Shown here piece after piece: positions 44,334 through 55,167 of a DNA stretch of 64,000 nucleotides. The stretch comes from an uncultured Acidobacteriota bacterium (GTDB lineage Bacteria > Acidobacteriota > Terriglobia > UBA7540), in contig CAWDSK010000005.1 of assembly GCA_963804995.1 (NCBI GenBank), positions 416,001 to 480,000 on the forward strand, read 5' to 3'. Numbering within the stretch: the stretch's first letter is position 1; the number at the start of each line of letters is the position of its first letter. The notes beneath the pieces were generated by a model. The model worked only from the letters and a program-made list of their open reading frames with translations, had not been told where the DNA came from and searched no databases. The position numbers and the translations under genes were made by a program.

Positions 44334-44564
44334 CTACGGCTTCCGCCCACGCTCTCCGGCGCCGCGGTTACTGAAGTAGGCGCCGAATTCCAGCAGGCCG
44401 TAGACCGCCAGGCAAAACCAGAAGTCGACTATGGTTCCCAAGTCTACTTCCCAGGAACGGTGTTGTGCCGCGGGCGGCAGATGCGGCGACAACGTAAAAT
44501 ACAGACCGTTGCCGAGCAGGATGGCCACCAGGAACTTTATCCACTTGGTGCGCGCAGGACGCAT
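44334..44564 (-). CDS. Small two-TM hypothetical protein
   Basis: Two hydrophobic segments (LVAILLGNGLYF; DFWFCLAVYGLL). Confidence 0.6.
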   Translation of the reverse strand: MRPARTKWIKFLVAILLGNGLYFTLSPHLPPAAQHRSWEVDLGTIVDFWFCLAVYGLLEFGAYFSNRGAGERGRKP

Positions 44565-44726
44565 GGGATTGATGGTTACGGCAGATTTGTTCACGGCGCG
44601 TGACGAATAACTTTGCAGCGCGAACCTGCGGCCGTGCATACCTTATCTGGGAAAAAGCTTTGGATTTTCGGCACAGCGATGCAAGCCGCAACGTTCTCCC
44701 GGTTATAATAGTTAAAACGGAGCAGA

Positions 44727-46850
44727 ATGGCGAATCCAAATCTCACGGCCGCTTCCGAAGTGAAATACCTGAAGGGCGTCGGCCCAGCACGCGCCGAACT
44801 CTTCGCCTCGCGCGGCATTCGCACCGTGGAAGATCTGCTCTACTACACTCCCTTCCGTTACGAGGATCGCGCCCACCTGACTCATGTCCGCGACCTGGTG
44901 CCGGGCCAAACCACGTCGGTGCTCGTCCGGGTTCTGACCTGCGGCCTGATGCGCACCCGGCGTGGTGTTTTCATTTATGACCTCGCAGCCACTGACTCCA
45001 CCGGCATGCTGCGCTGCAAGTGGTTCAACGCCGTATACCTGGAGAAAAACAAAGTTTTCCATACCGGCCAGCAGGTTATCTTTTACGGCAGGGTTGAGCA
45101 CGACCCCTTCGGCACGGGCAATCTGCAAATCATCCAGCCGCATTTTGAAATCCTGCCGGAGACGGAAGCCGAGGGCGGCGACTCGCTGGAAATGGGCCGC
45201 GTAGTCCCCGTCTATGAATCCATCGCTTCACTTGGCCCGCGCGTTCTGCGGCGCCTAATGTGGTCGGCGCTCCAGTCGCTTGACGGTCAAATCCCCGACC
45301 GTCTGCCCACCTCGGTCGTGCATAAGAACCAGTTGCTTGACCGGGCGACGGCGCTCCTCCAAACGCATTTTCCAACCTCCGAACCAAGCCTCGAAAAACT
45401 CTGTGCCTTCCGCACGCCCGCGCAGGTGCGTTTGATCTTCGAAGAATTCTTCAGCGTCGGCGCAGGTTTGGCGCTCAAGCGCCGCAAAGCCAAAGCCGCC
45501 GAAGGCATTGAGTTTCACGTGCAGGACAGCGCCCGCCAGGCCATCCGCAAGATTCTGCCCTTTCATCCCACTGCAGCGCAGAAGCGTGTGCTGAAGGAAA
45601 TTGTGGAAGACATGTGCTCCGTGCGCCCCATGAACCGGTTGCTGCAAGGTGACGTAGGCTCGGGCAAGACCATTGTGGCCATTCAGGCTGCGATCCTGGC
45701 GATTGAAAACGGTTATCAAGTGGCGTTGATGGCGCCCACGGAAATCCTCGCCGCCCAGCATTACCTTTACATTAAGCAGTTGTTCCGCCCGCTCAATTAC
45801 CGAGTCGAGTTACTGATAAGTGCGCGCAAAGCAGCAGAGAAGGCGGAAATGAAACGGGGCATCGCGGAGGGGACGCTCGACCTCGTCATCGGCACCCATG
45901 CGCTCCTGGAAGAGGACGTGCGTTTTGCGCGCCTCGGATTGGTGGTAGTGGATGAGCAGCACCGCTTCGGCGTGCTGCAGCGCTTTGAGCTGATCCGCAA
46001 GGGCTACCGTCCCGACGTGCTGGTGATGACCGCCACGCCCATTCCTCGCACCTTGGCGCTGACGCTTTACGGTGATTTGGATTTCTCCGTCATCGACGAG
46101 CTGCCGCCCCACCGCACGCCGATTGAGACGAAGCTCCTGGAGGAGCGTGACCGCGACCGTGCCTTCGCGTTCCTGCGGGAGAAAGTGCGCCGCGGCGAAC
46201 AAGCCTATGTCATCTGCCCGGTCATCGAGGAGGGTGGTAAGCTTGATTTGAAGCCCGCCGTACGCATGTATGAGCAGTTGGCGCGCCTCGTCTTTCCGGA
46301 ATTTCGTGTCGGGCTGCTGCACGGTCGCCTGGCGAGTGACGAGAAGGAAGGCGTCATGCAGCGCTTCAAGCAGGGCGAATTGCAGATTCTGGTTTCGACC
46401 ACGGTCGTGGAAGTCGGCGTGGATGTGCCCAACGCCACGGTCATGCTCATCGAGCACGCTGACCGCTTTGGCCTCTCGCAACTCCACCAGCTTCGCGGGC
46501 GCATCGGGCGGGGCAGAAAGAAATCCTTCTGCCTGCTCATGGCCGACGAGCGCCGCAGCGAGATTTCTGACGAGCGGCTGCGCACCATGGTCGAGACCAC
46601 AGACGGGTTTCGTATCGCCGAGATCGATCTCAAGCTGCGCGGGCCGGGTGAATTCTTCGGGACGCGTCAGTGGGGCATCCCCGCCTTTCGCATCGGCAAC
46701 CTGCTGCGCGACCAGGAGATTCTGGAGTGGGCCAAGCGCGAGGCGGCAGAGTTTGTTGAGCACCCGCCCGCCCGCGAGGAATTCGATGCCTTCGTCGCCT
46801 ACTTGCGCTCCGAGTGGCCGCGCCGTTACGGCCTGGCGAGCGTGGCGTAG
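44727..46850 (+). CDS. recG: ATP-dependent DNA helicase RecG
   Basis: LKGVGP, RLLQGDVGSGKT, DEQHRFG, MTATPIPRTL, QLHQLRGR, DLKLRGPGE. Confidence 0.97.
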   Translation: MANPNLTAASEVKYLKGVGPARAELFASRGIRTVEDLLYYTPFRYEDRAHLTHVRDLVPGQTTSVLVRVLTCGLMRTRRGVFIYDLAATDSTGMLRCKWFNAVYLEKNKVFHTGQQVIFYGRVEHDPFGTGNLQIIQPHFEILPETEAEGGDSLEMGRVVPVYESIASLGPRVLRRLMWSALQSLDGQIPDRLPTSVVHKNQLLDRATALLQTHFPTSEPSLEKLCAFRTPAQVRLIFEEFFSVGAGLALKRRKAKAAEGIEFHVQDSARQAIRKILPFHPTAAQKRVLKEIVEDMCSVRPMNRLLQGDVGSGKTIVAIQAAILAIENGYQVALMAPTEILAAQHYLYIKQLFRPLNYRVELLISARKAAEKAEMKRGIAEGTLDLVIGTHALLEEDVRFARLGLVVVDEQHRFGVLQRFELIRKGYRPDVLVMTATPIPRTLALTLYGDLDFSVIDELPPHRTPIETKLLEERDRDRAFAFLREKVRRGEQAYVICPVIEEGGKLDLKPAVRMYEQLARLVFPEFRVGLLHGRLASDEKEGVMQRFKQGELQILVSTTVVEVGVDVPNATVMLIEHADRFGLSQLHQLRGRIGRGRKKSFCLLMADERRSEISDERLRTMVETTDGFRIAEIDLKLRGPGEFFGTRQWGIPAFRIGNLLRDQEILEWAKREAAEFVEHPPAREEFDAFVAYLRSEWPRRYGLASVA

Positions 46851-46854
46851 CGAA

Positions 46855-47078
46855 GCTATCAGCGAGCAGCTCTCAGCTTTCAGCTCTCAGCTCTCAGCTA
46901 AAGCTCTTATTCATGCCTGAGGGCTGATAGCTGTAAGATGGTTGCCGAAAGACCGCCCGCAAGTTCGGCCGTTAGGGCCACCTCTGAGCCCACTTCCTTC
47001 AAAGGAGGGGAGCCGGAAGGGAGGAATGGGCACGCTTTTAGCTGTAAGCTGACCGCTGAAAGCTGATAGCTGAAAGCT
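46855..47078. repeat. Inverted heptamer arrays (CAGCTYT / GCTGAWA)
   Basis: Arrays at about 46855-46898 and 47041-47078; same family at 51007-51098 and 60406-60430. Confidence 0.8.
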
Positions 47079-47085
47079 TCTTCCT

Positions 47086-47661
47086 ATGCGAATTATCGCC
47101 GGCAATTACCGCGGTCTTCACTTGCGCACTCTAAAGGGCGGGAATTTGCGCCCCACTTCCGACCAGTTGCGCGAGACCCTGTTCGACGTCCTCGGCCCAA
47201 GCGTTGCCGACGCGACGTTTCTGGATGCCTATGCGGGCTCGGGCGCGGTGGGGCTCGAAGCTTTGAGCCGCGGCGCGCGCGACGTGGTTTTCATCGAGCA
47301 TCACCGCGCTGCCTCACTCCTTATCCGCCAGAACCTTAAGGCTCTCAAGATTGACTCCGGGTATGAGATTCTGACCTGCGCAGTCCTGACTGGCCTCGAG
47401 CGGTTGGAGCAACAGGGTGAACGCTTCGACGTGGTTTTCCTCGACCCGCCCTACGAGGAGATCCGGGAGTATCACCACACTCTGCGGCAACTCGCGCGCG
47501 GAGCGCTGCTGCTGCCTTCCTCGCTCGTCATCGCGGAGCACTCCCGGCACGTGCAGCTCGAAGAGGAGTACTTGTCACTCCACCGCACTCGCCTTTTGCG
47601 TCACGGCGACGCGCAACTGGCTTTCTATCGCCCCGCCGCAGTTCCAGCGCCCACGTTGTGA
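47086..47661 (+). CDS. rsmD: 16S rRNA m2G966 methyltransferase
   Basis: MRIIAG, RPTSD..RETLF, FLDAYAGSG..GLEALSRGA, FLDPPY. Confidence 0.95.
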   Translation: MRIIAGNYRGLHLRTLKGGNLRPTSDQLRETLFDVLGPSVADATFLDAYAGSGAVGLEALSRGARDVVFIEHHRAASLLIRQNLKALKIDSGYEILTCAVLTGLERLEQQGERFDVVFLDPPYEEIREYHHTLRQLARGALLLPSSLVIAEHSRHVQLEEEYLSLHRTRLLRHGDAQLAFYRPAAVPAPTL

Positions 47662-47933
47662 CACTTCCTAAACTGTCACACGCCCTATCGCGGATTCCAA
47701 TCCGATGCGGCAGACTTGTGTTGATGAGCGACGCCATCCCGATGGGGTGGCGACCATCGCGGGGCCGCTGCTGGTGATCGCAGTGCTCTTTCCCGTCGAT
47801 TGGCTGAAACATGATGAGCTTTGCACCCACGCCCGATGGGAATGCTACGCGCTCCTGGTAATCCTGTAAGGCGTTATTGTTCGTTTTCTGTTTCAGTGCT
47901 AGGATTCGTCCCTCGTCAGCCGGAGCTACAACC

Positions 47934-50900
47934 GTGGAATTCTTCGGCATTCTGATTCTCATCGGCGTTGTCGGCTTTATCCTCGCGGCTCCGATTGTGG
48001 CCTTGGTGCGCGCCCACTCAGCCGCCCGGCAAGGTGAGCGGAATCAGGAGAGCTGGCAAAAGCTCACGCAGCGCGTCCACGCCCTCGAAACTCAACTTCA
48101 GGAAATCCAAGGCCGTCTCAAGGCGCAGACCGCCGTTTTGGAGAAAGCACTCCACGAACTGCCCACAGCGTCGACGGTTCGCGAGCGTCCCGCGCCTCCC
48201 GATGTGGTTCCGCCCGAACCGCCCAAGCCTGCCGAGGTAGCCTCTGGCGGGCCCGTGTCTCCCCTCGAACCGAAGCACGCTCCACCCATCGCCACCCCGC
48301 AAACGCCAGCGGTTACCGCGCCACCCATGATGAAGGAAGCTGCGCGACCCACTACGCCACCCCGCTTTGAGCAGCTCGGCACTGCAAAACCTTCACCCCG
48401 CGAGACCGCCAAGCGTGTGCTCAATATGGAAGAGGTTCTGGGTGCCAACTGGCTCAATAAACTCGGCATGGTCATCCTGGTAATAGGGGTCGCGCTATTT
48501 CTGGCGTACGAAATGCGCGAACTCGGCCCGGCAGGAAAAGTGTTGGTGGGCTTTGTCGTGAGCGGAGCGCTTTTGGGCGTCGGAATATTCTACGAAAGTC
48601 GCGAGCGTTATCGAATACTGGCGCGGGCGGCAATCGGGGGTGGTTGGGCGCTTACCTTCTTTACCGTGTACGCCATGTACCACGTTGAGGCGGCGCGCGT
48701 GTTGCAATCGCAGGTTCTTGACCTGGTTTTGCTGCTGGGCGTCGCGGCCGTCATGGTGGCGCATACCTTGCGCTACAATTCGCAGGTCGTCACCGGCCTG
48801 GCGCTTCTGCTCGCTTTCGTCACGGTCACCATCAGCCACGTCAATGTTTACAGCCTTTCAGCGGGCGCCATTTTGGCCCTCGCACTGGTTATCATCGTCA
48901 ACCGCCGTGGCTGGTTTGAGCTGGAGATCTTCGGCATTCTCTCGAGCTACCTCAACCACTACTACTGGCTGCGGCACATCATCGAGCCCATGGGCGGGCA
49001 GCGTCACGCCTTCCCCGAGTTTTACGCCAGTGCCACGCTACTGGTGTTCTACTGGTTGCTGTTTCGCGTTTCCTATCTGCTACGCCGCACCACCGCCGCA
49101 GCGACAGAGCGTGTTTCAACGGTGGCGGCGCTTCTCAATACCTGCCTGCTCCTCAGCGTGATGAAGTACCAGTCCGTCCACCCGGAATGGGCCTTCCGAT
49201 TCCTCCTGCTGCTGGGCGCGGTGGAATTCACGCTGGGCCAGTTGCCGTCCACGCGCCGGCACCGCCCGGCGTTCGTGGTTCTCAGCACCATCGGCGCCAC
49301 GCTCCTGGTTGCGGCTTTGCCGTTTAAATATTCCGGGGCCACGCTGCCCATTCTCTGGCTGGCGGAAGCGGAGGCGCTCTTTCTCGCCGGGGTCTTCACG
49401 CGGGAAATCGTCTTCCGCCGCCTCGGTCTGTTGGCCTCCTTGCTGGTGGCGTTCCAAATGGACCGCCTCGCGCTCGGTCAGATCCTCGACCCCGAATGGA
49501 AGGGTTTCCAATCTGGCGACTGGTTGCGTGGTGTCATCGTTTTCTCGACCACAGTCCTGATTTTCTACATCGACGCGCACTGGTTCCCACGCCGCCGCCC
49601 TGACCTCGTGCAGTCACGCTTTGAGGCGCTCAGCCTGCGCGTCCTTTCCTGCGCAGCCGGCGCCACGGCCTTCATCGGCATTTGGTGGTTGGCGCCGGAA
49701 GCCTGGGCCGTGGTGGGTTTCGCAGCCCTCGCCCTGGCGCTATCCGTGCTAGGTTCGCGAGCGACGAACCGCGATTTTTTAAACCAGGCAATTGCGGTGG
49801 CGATCCTGGCTTTTCTCCGGGTGCTGTTTGTTAACCTGGGGCAGGGAAGCGCCCATGTGCATTTGGGGACGCGACTCGTGACCGTGGGGCTCACCGCGGC
49901 CCTGCTCTATGCCAGCGCGCTGGTCCGGCCTAACTCAATCCATCGCGTCGCGAAGAGTTTCGGCGGGCTATACCTGGGCGGCCTCGTTCCTCGTGGGCCT
50001 GCTCGCCTGGTACGAACTCACGCCCGTGGGTGTCGCCGTGGCATGGACGCTTTTGGGCCTGGTGTTATTCGAAATCGGCCGCGCCCGCGGCTTGTTCTAT
50101 CTACGACTCCAGGCGTACCTGGCCTTCGCGTCCAGCTTCCTGCGCCTTTTCTTTGTGAATTTCAACGCTGCGGGATTGCCGGGTCAACTGAGTCCGCGGT
50201 TCTACACAACCGTGCCGCTGGCGCTCGCTTTCTTCTATGTGTACGGCGTGCTCGATACCTCAAGTGACGTTGCCCTGGATCGTGACCGGCGCTGGAGGGC
50301 GGCGGAGGTTCTCTGTTTCCTCGGTACCTTCACGCTGGCGGGATGGGCGCGTTTCGAACTGGAATCCGACTGGGTGGTGGCGGCATGGGCAGGGCTGGTC
50401 TGGGCGCTGGTTGCGATCGCCTGGCGTTATAAAAAGAGGATTTTCCTTCACCAAGGATTACTGCTGAGCGCTGCGGTCCTGGTGCGCAGCATCCTGCACA
50501 ATTTCTACCAGCGCAGTTACTTTCCCGCACCTTTCTGGCAGAGCCGCAGCCTGACGGTGGGCGTGGCCGTCGCCTTACTTTTCGCCTCACTGCCTTTTGC
50601 CTTTCAATTAAAACGCACACAGGCTGATGACTCAGGCGCACAGCGCGGCCGGCTGGCGCGAATCTTTGCGGCGCTGGATCGTCGCCCGGACCAGGTACTA
50701 TTCTTCATTCCATTCCTTCTGCTCACCATTCTTCTAGCGCTTGAAGTGTCGAAGGGCATGGTGACGGTCGCCTGGGGAGTGGAGGCGGTCGCAATTTTCC
50801 TAATCGCGCTTTGGGTAGGCCAACGGAGCTACCGCCTTTCAGGCCTGGGCTTGTTGTTGCTCTGCGTCGGCAAGATTGTGGTACTCGATGTCTGGGGTTT

Positions 50901-51006
50901 ACAGCCGCGCGATCGCTACCTGACCTTCATTGTTTTGGGCGCGGCTTTGCTGGGAGTTTCGTTCCTCTACACGCGTTATCGCGAGGCCATACGGCAGTAT
51001 TTATAG
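47934..51006 (+). CDS. Large polytopic membrane protein (DUF2339-like), frame broken near 49915
   Basis: Pro-rich linker, E..LG.NWL.KLG, many TMs; C-terminal K.VVLD...RYLTFIVLG..LL.VSFLY lies in ORF 49909-51006. Confidence 0.82.
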
Positions 51007-51105
51007 CGGGCAGCTCTCAGCGGGCAGCTATCAGCCAAGGCTCAAGCTGGAAGCTGAGCAATGAGAGCTGAAAGCTGAAAGCTGATAGCTGAAAGCTTAA
51101 TTCCT

Positions 51106-52878
51106 ATGAAACGCTGGATTGCGTTCGCCATTATCGTGATCTTGGGGATCGCCGCACTGGTGTGGTCGGAGCTGCATCCGGTGGACGTGCGTGTCGCCCC
51201 TGAGTCTCTCCTCTATTTCATCGCCGACTCCGAGTGGGAACTGAGCCGGCTGCCCATGGCGGCAACTCGGCTCTCCGACCAGGAAGAGATCGACATCGGC
51301 AACCGGATGGCAAAGTACTGTTACCTCGACAATCTCCGCAATCTGCCGCCCGAGCAAAAGCAGCAGGCGCAGGTCGTCGCGGACTATGTCAATCAGGTTG
51401 GCTCGAAGGTGGCGGCGCATGCCCACCGCAAGCTGCCTTACCGTTTCCATTACGTCCCCGACCCGAATTTTGTGAATGCCTTCGCCCTGCCCGGCGGGCA
51501 TGTATACATCGGCGCCGGGTTGATTGCGCTGATGGACAGCGAAGACGAATTGGCCACCGTGCTCGGCCACGAGGTCGAGCACATTGACCACTACCATTGC
51601 GCCGAGCGCGTGCAAGTGGAATCACGCCTAAAGAAAATCCCATTGGGTGAATTGGTGGCAATTCCCATCGCGGTATTTGAAGCCGGGTACAACAAAGATC
51701 AGGAACTTGAGGCCGACCGCGAGGGCACGCGCCTGGCGGTGTGGGCTGGGTATTCTCCCCTCGGCGCCATTCGTATGTTCGAAACCTACGAGCGCCTCTA
51801 TCAAGAGTACGTACGGCGCGCGCAATCGCCGCAGGAAGAGCTTTCGAGCATAGCGATTCAGACCCTCGAGGGCTACTTCCGCTCGCACCCGCAGCCTTCC
51901 GAGCGCATCGAACAAATTCGCAACCTGATTGTCAACGAACACTGGGGTGAGCAAAACCGCGAGCGCAACCTGGAAGTCGCTTATATCTTCTGGACTGACC
52001 GCGCCGAGCGCGCTTATAAAGGCGGGCATTACGATGTGGCGGCCCGGCTCCTGCAACACTCGTTGGAGTTGCGGCCCGATCAGCAGATGGCTCTCGTGGT
52101 GCTGGGGCACGCGGAATTTTCATTGGCGAATTTCGCGGAGGCCGCAGCGGCATTCCGCAAGGCGCTTGATCTTACACCTTTTGACATGACGTTGATTGCT
52201 GCCTACGGCGATGCCCTGGCAGCTCGCCATGCACCCGCCGAGTCGCTCCAGGAATTTTCGGCATGGACCGATCAGCATCCTGCCCTGAAGACGCAACTCG
52301 AGGTCCGTCTCGAACTCGCCCGCTTGACGTTTGCGGCGCGCGGTGAGGCGGCGGCTGATGCCGTGCTTTTCCCCACGGTGTCGCCTGACGCCCGGAGCCT
52401 GCCGCCGGAACTGCGTGGCCAGTACGGCTGGTGGCTTTACAACTCCGGTCAATTCGAATCGGCGGCGAAGTTGCTTCAGAGTGCGGTGGCAGAGCGCCCC
52501 GGTGATGCCCAGCTCCAAATCCGCCTGGGTTGGGCGCTCGTCGAGCAACACAATCTGGAAGCCGCCTTGTATCGTTTCAATTCAGTCAGGAATTGGATTC
52601 CGCGCGGCTACTACCCGCCCTTGAATGGGGCGGAGCGCTTTCACCATGAAGCCCGAGTGGGTCTTGCGGTGGCGGCATGGCAGGGGCATGAGACTGATCG
52701 CGCCTTGGCGGAGTTTGCCTCCGTGTCGAATTTCCAACCTGAGTGGCTCAATCCCCAGTGGGTTGAGGCTCTTTATTCGCCGGGCGTGGCCAAGACGATC
52801 GAAGAGTTGAAGGCAGAACAGAAGAAGCGCCAAGGGAAGCCGGGAAGCTATGCAGTCACTCCTCCCCAACGATTCTGA
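51106..52878 (+). CDS. M48 metalloprotease with TPRs
   Basis: NAFALPGG, GHEVEH, QELEAD, SHP..SERI. Confidence 0.92.
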   Translation: MKRWIAFAIIVILGIAALVWSELHPVDVRVAPESLLYFIADSEWELSRLPMAATRLSDQEEIDIGNRMAKYCYLDNLRNLPPEQKQQAQVVADYVNQVGSKVAAHAHRKLPYRFHYVPDPNFVNAFALPGGHVYIGAGLIALMDSEDELATVLGHEVEHIDHYHCAERVQVESRLKKIPLGELVAIPIAVFEAGYNKDQELEADREGTRLAVWAGYSPLGAIRMFETYERLYQEYVRRAQSPQEELSSIAIQTLEGYFRSHPQPSERIEQIRNLIVNEHWGEQNRERNLEVAYIFWTDRAERAYKGGHYDVAARLLQHSLELRPDQQMALVVLGHAEFSLANFAEAAAAFRKALDLTPFDMTLIAAYGDALAARHAPAESLQEFSAWTDQHPALKTQLEVRLELARLTFAARGEAAADAVLFPTVSPDARSLPPELRGQYGWWLYNSGQFESAAKLLQSAVAERPGDAQLQIRLGWALVEQHNLEAALYRFNSVRNWIPRGYYPPLNGAERFHHEARVGLAVAAWQGHETDRALAEFASVSNFQPEWLNPQWVEALYSPGVAKTIEELKAEQKKRQGKPGSYAVTPPQRF

Positions 52879-52954
52879 GCTATCAGTAGACCCCGCAAAG
52901 AGCTAAAATCCCCCTTCAATTGAGCGCGCTATTTTGCGCGAAGGAGTCTCTCCG

Positions 52955-54562
52955 ATGCGGCATTCTATAAGTCTTGTATTCTTCATCATCCTTCTGGCCA
53001 ATGGCTTTGCGCCGACTGTGGTCACCCATGGCGCGAGCCTGAATCCCGGAAAGAGTGACCGCTCGGCCGTCGTGACTTGGCCGGCCCCGCACGGAGAGAA
53101 ACTGTTCGAGGATTACACGGTGCGTGTGAACGGGCAAGGCGTTCCGGTTTACGTCTGTCGCGTTTCCGCGATGCCGTTCAACCAGGTGTGGCCCGGGTAT
53201 CAGCGGCCACTTGACCAGACGGAGCTGGCGGGCTTCGCCTACTGGGAAATGTCGGGGCCGGTGGTCGTGGAAGTGACAGCCCGGCAACCCTTCAAATCGG
53301 TGGCGGTCAGGCCTGGCTCGCGGGGCATTCAACCGGCCATCAAGGGCCAGCGCATCACGTTGCGGCTGGCGCGTCCCGGTCAATATACGGTGGAACTCGA
53401 CGGCACTCATCACGCGCTGCACCTCTTTGCCGATGCGCCGGAAGCGGGCGCCCCCAAACCCGATGACCCCAACGTGCTGTACTTTGGTGCAGGCGTGTAT
53501 AGGCCTGGGAAGATTCTGCTCAAGAGCGGCCAGACCGTCTACATCGCGGGCGGCGCGGTGGTCTACACGGCAATCGAAGGGCGCGGCGTCTCTCAAGTTC
53601 GGATCCTCGGTCGCGGCGTCATCGATACCAGCGAGTTTGAGCGCGGCAAGGGCGGCGGCTCGATCCACCTGGAGGATTGCTCGGACGTGAAGGTCGATGG
53701 CGTGATCATCCGTGATTCGGACGTGTACGGGTTGAGCGCTTTCGGGTCGCGCCGGATCGATATCTCAAACGTCAAGCTGGTGGGTTTCTGGCGTTATAAC
53801 TCAGATGGCATTGATATGTGTAATACCCAGGATGTGACGGTTCGGGATTCCTTCATCCGCTCCTTCGATGACTCCATGGTGCTGAAAGGCGTGAAGGGCC
53901 GGTCCGGAGGCGCGCGGCCCCTGCCCGGGCAAAGTTTCGACACCCTGCCGGTGCGCAACCTCCGCGCCAGTGGCCTGGTGATCTGGTGCGACTGGGGACG
54001 TGCCCTGGAGCTGGGGGCGGAAACGAGCGCCCCGGAGTTCACGGACGTGGTCTTTCGAGACATCGACGTCATCCACAATACGCACATCGCGCTCGACATC
54101 CAGCACAGCGACCGCGCGGCCATCCACGACATCCGATTTGAAGATATTCGGCTGGAGGTCGACGACGTGAACCCCCTGCCGACGATCCAGCGGGGACGCG
54201 ACGCGAAATTCAATCCCACTGCTGAGGCCCAGGCTGAGGCTTGCGGCGGATGCGCCACCGTTTCGCCCGGCACGGCGTACGTCCCCAACCTGTTCGTGAT
54301 CATCATTCATCCCACCGGCGTGACCCATGACCGCGAAGCCGGCACGGTTCGCGACATCGTCTGCAAGAATATTTACGTGACGGGGAAGACGCTGCCGCCC
54401 TCGGCGTTTTCGGGCCTCGACCCTGCGCATGACGTTCGCGGGGTGACGATCGAGAACCTGCGCTTCAACGGGCAGCCGATCGCGAACGCTGCTGCGGCGC
54501 ACCTGGAGATCCGCAACTACGTCGAGGATGTGCATTTCGTCGAAGGCGCCAGCAAGCCCTAA
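52955..54562 (+). CDS. Secreted pectin-lyase-fold glycoside hydrolase (GH28-like)
   Basis: Signal peptide; LYFGAGVY, YIAGGAVV, NSDGID, RSFDD. Confidence 0.8.
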   Translation: MRHSISLVFFIILLANGFAPTVVTHGASLNPGKSDRSAVVTWPAPHGEKLFEDYTVRVNGQGVPVYVCRVSAMPFNQVWPGYQRPLDQTELAGFAYWEMSGPVVVEVTARQPFKSVAVRPGSRGIQPAIKGQRITLRLARPGQYTVELDGTHHALHLFADAPEAGAPKPDDPNVLYFGAGVYRPGKILLKSGQTVYIAGGAVVYTAIEGRGVSQVRILGRGVIDTSEFERGKGGGSIHLEDCSDVKVDGVIIRDSDVYGLSAFGSRRIDISNVKLVGFWRYNSDGIDMCNTQDVTVRDSFIRSFDDSMVLKGVKGRSGGARPLPGQSFDTLPVRNLRASGLVIWCDWGRALELGAETSAPEFTDVVFRDIDVIHNTHIALDIQHSDRAAIHDIRFEDIRLEVDDVNPLPTIQRGRDAKFNPTAEAQAEACGGCATVSPGTAYVPNLFVIIIHPTGVTHDREAGTVRDIVCKNIYVTGKTLPPSAFSGLDPAHDVRGVTIENLRFNGQPIANAAAAHLEIRNYVEDVHFVEGASKP

Positions 54563-54735
54563 ACTGCGGGCCGGCAACTTTTTGTCAACATGGGACTGTC
54601 CCACTTGTTGCTCTCCGAGCGGCAGCGCGCGCCTCGTCCCACCAACTTTCCCGGCTTCACCCGTTTTGAAACTCTTCATTCGAGATTCCGCCACGCCGCC
54701 TGATCGATCCGGAAATCCAAATAGAAAAGGCAACC

Positions 54736-55155
54736 TCATTCCGGAATTTCGTAGGGAAACGCGCGGCGCAGTTTTTCCGGACGCTTGTCAGGATGGAAAC
54801 CGGAAGTGAGGAAATCAAGCCAGGCCGCGATGTCCTGCGGCTCCGCGCTCGCGGCGCGCAAATCGAGCCCGCCGTAGCTGTAGCGATCACGGCTGTAGGG
54901 AACCAGGCTCTTCTTGTAGAAGAACACCAGGGTGTGACCCACCTTGGGAGAGAAAATCTTCATGCGGGCGCGATTGGGAATGCCGTTGGGCAGCAGGGCG
55001 CGCGCCGCAACGTCGAGGCCCACGCCGCTTGTCTCGATTTCAAACGGCTGCGGGGAAGCTTCGAGCGCCGCCATTACAGCAACGGCCAGGGGATTGGCTT
55101 GCCAGGCTGCGCCGGGCGCTTCGGCAGTCGCGGAGGGTGTCGGGTTTTGAATCAT
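54736..55155 (-). CDS. Hypothetical protein downstream of the radical SAM gene
   Basis: Co-oriented, 12 bp after the radical SAM stop; protein-like composition. Confidence 0.7.
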   Translation of the reverse strand: MIQNPTPSATAEAPGAAWQANPLAVAVMAALEASPQPFEIETSGVGLDVAARALLPNGIPNRARMKIFSPKVGHTLVFFYKKSLVPYSRDRYSYGGLDLRAASAEPQDIAAWLDFLTSGFHPDKRPEKLRRAFPYEIPE

Positions 55156-55167
55156 GGTCGAGACGTT

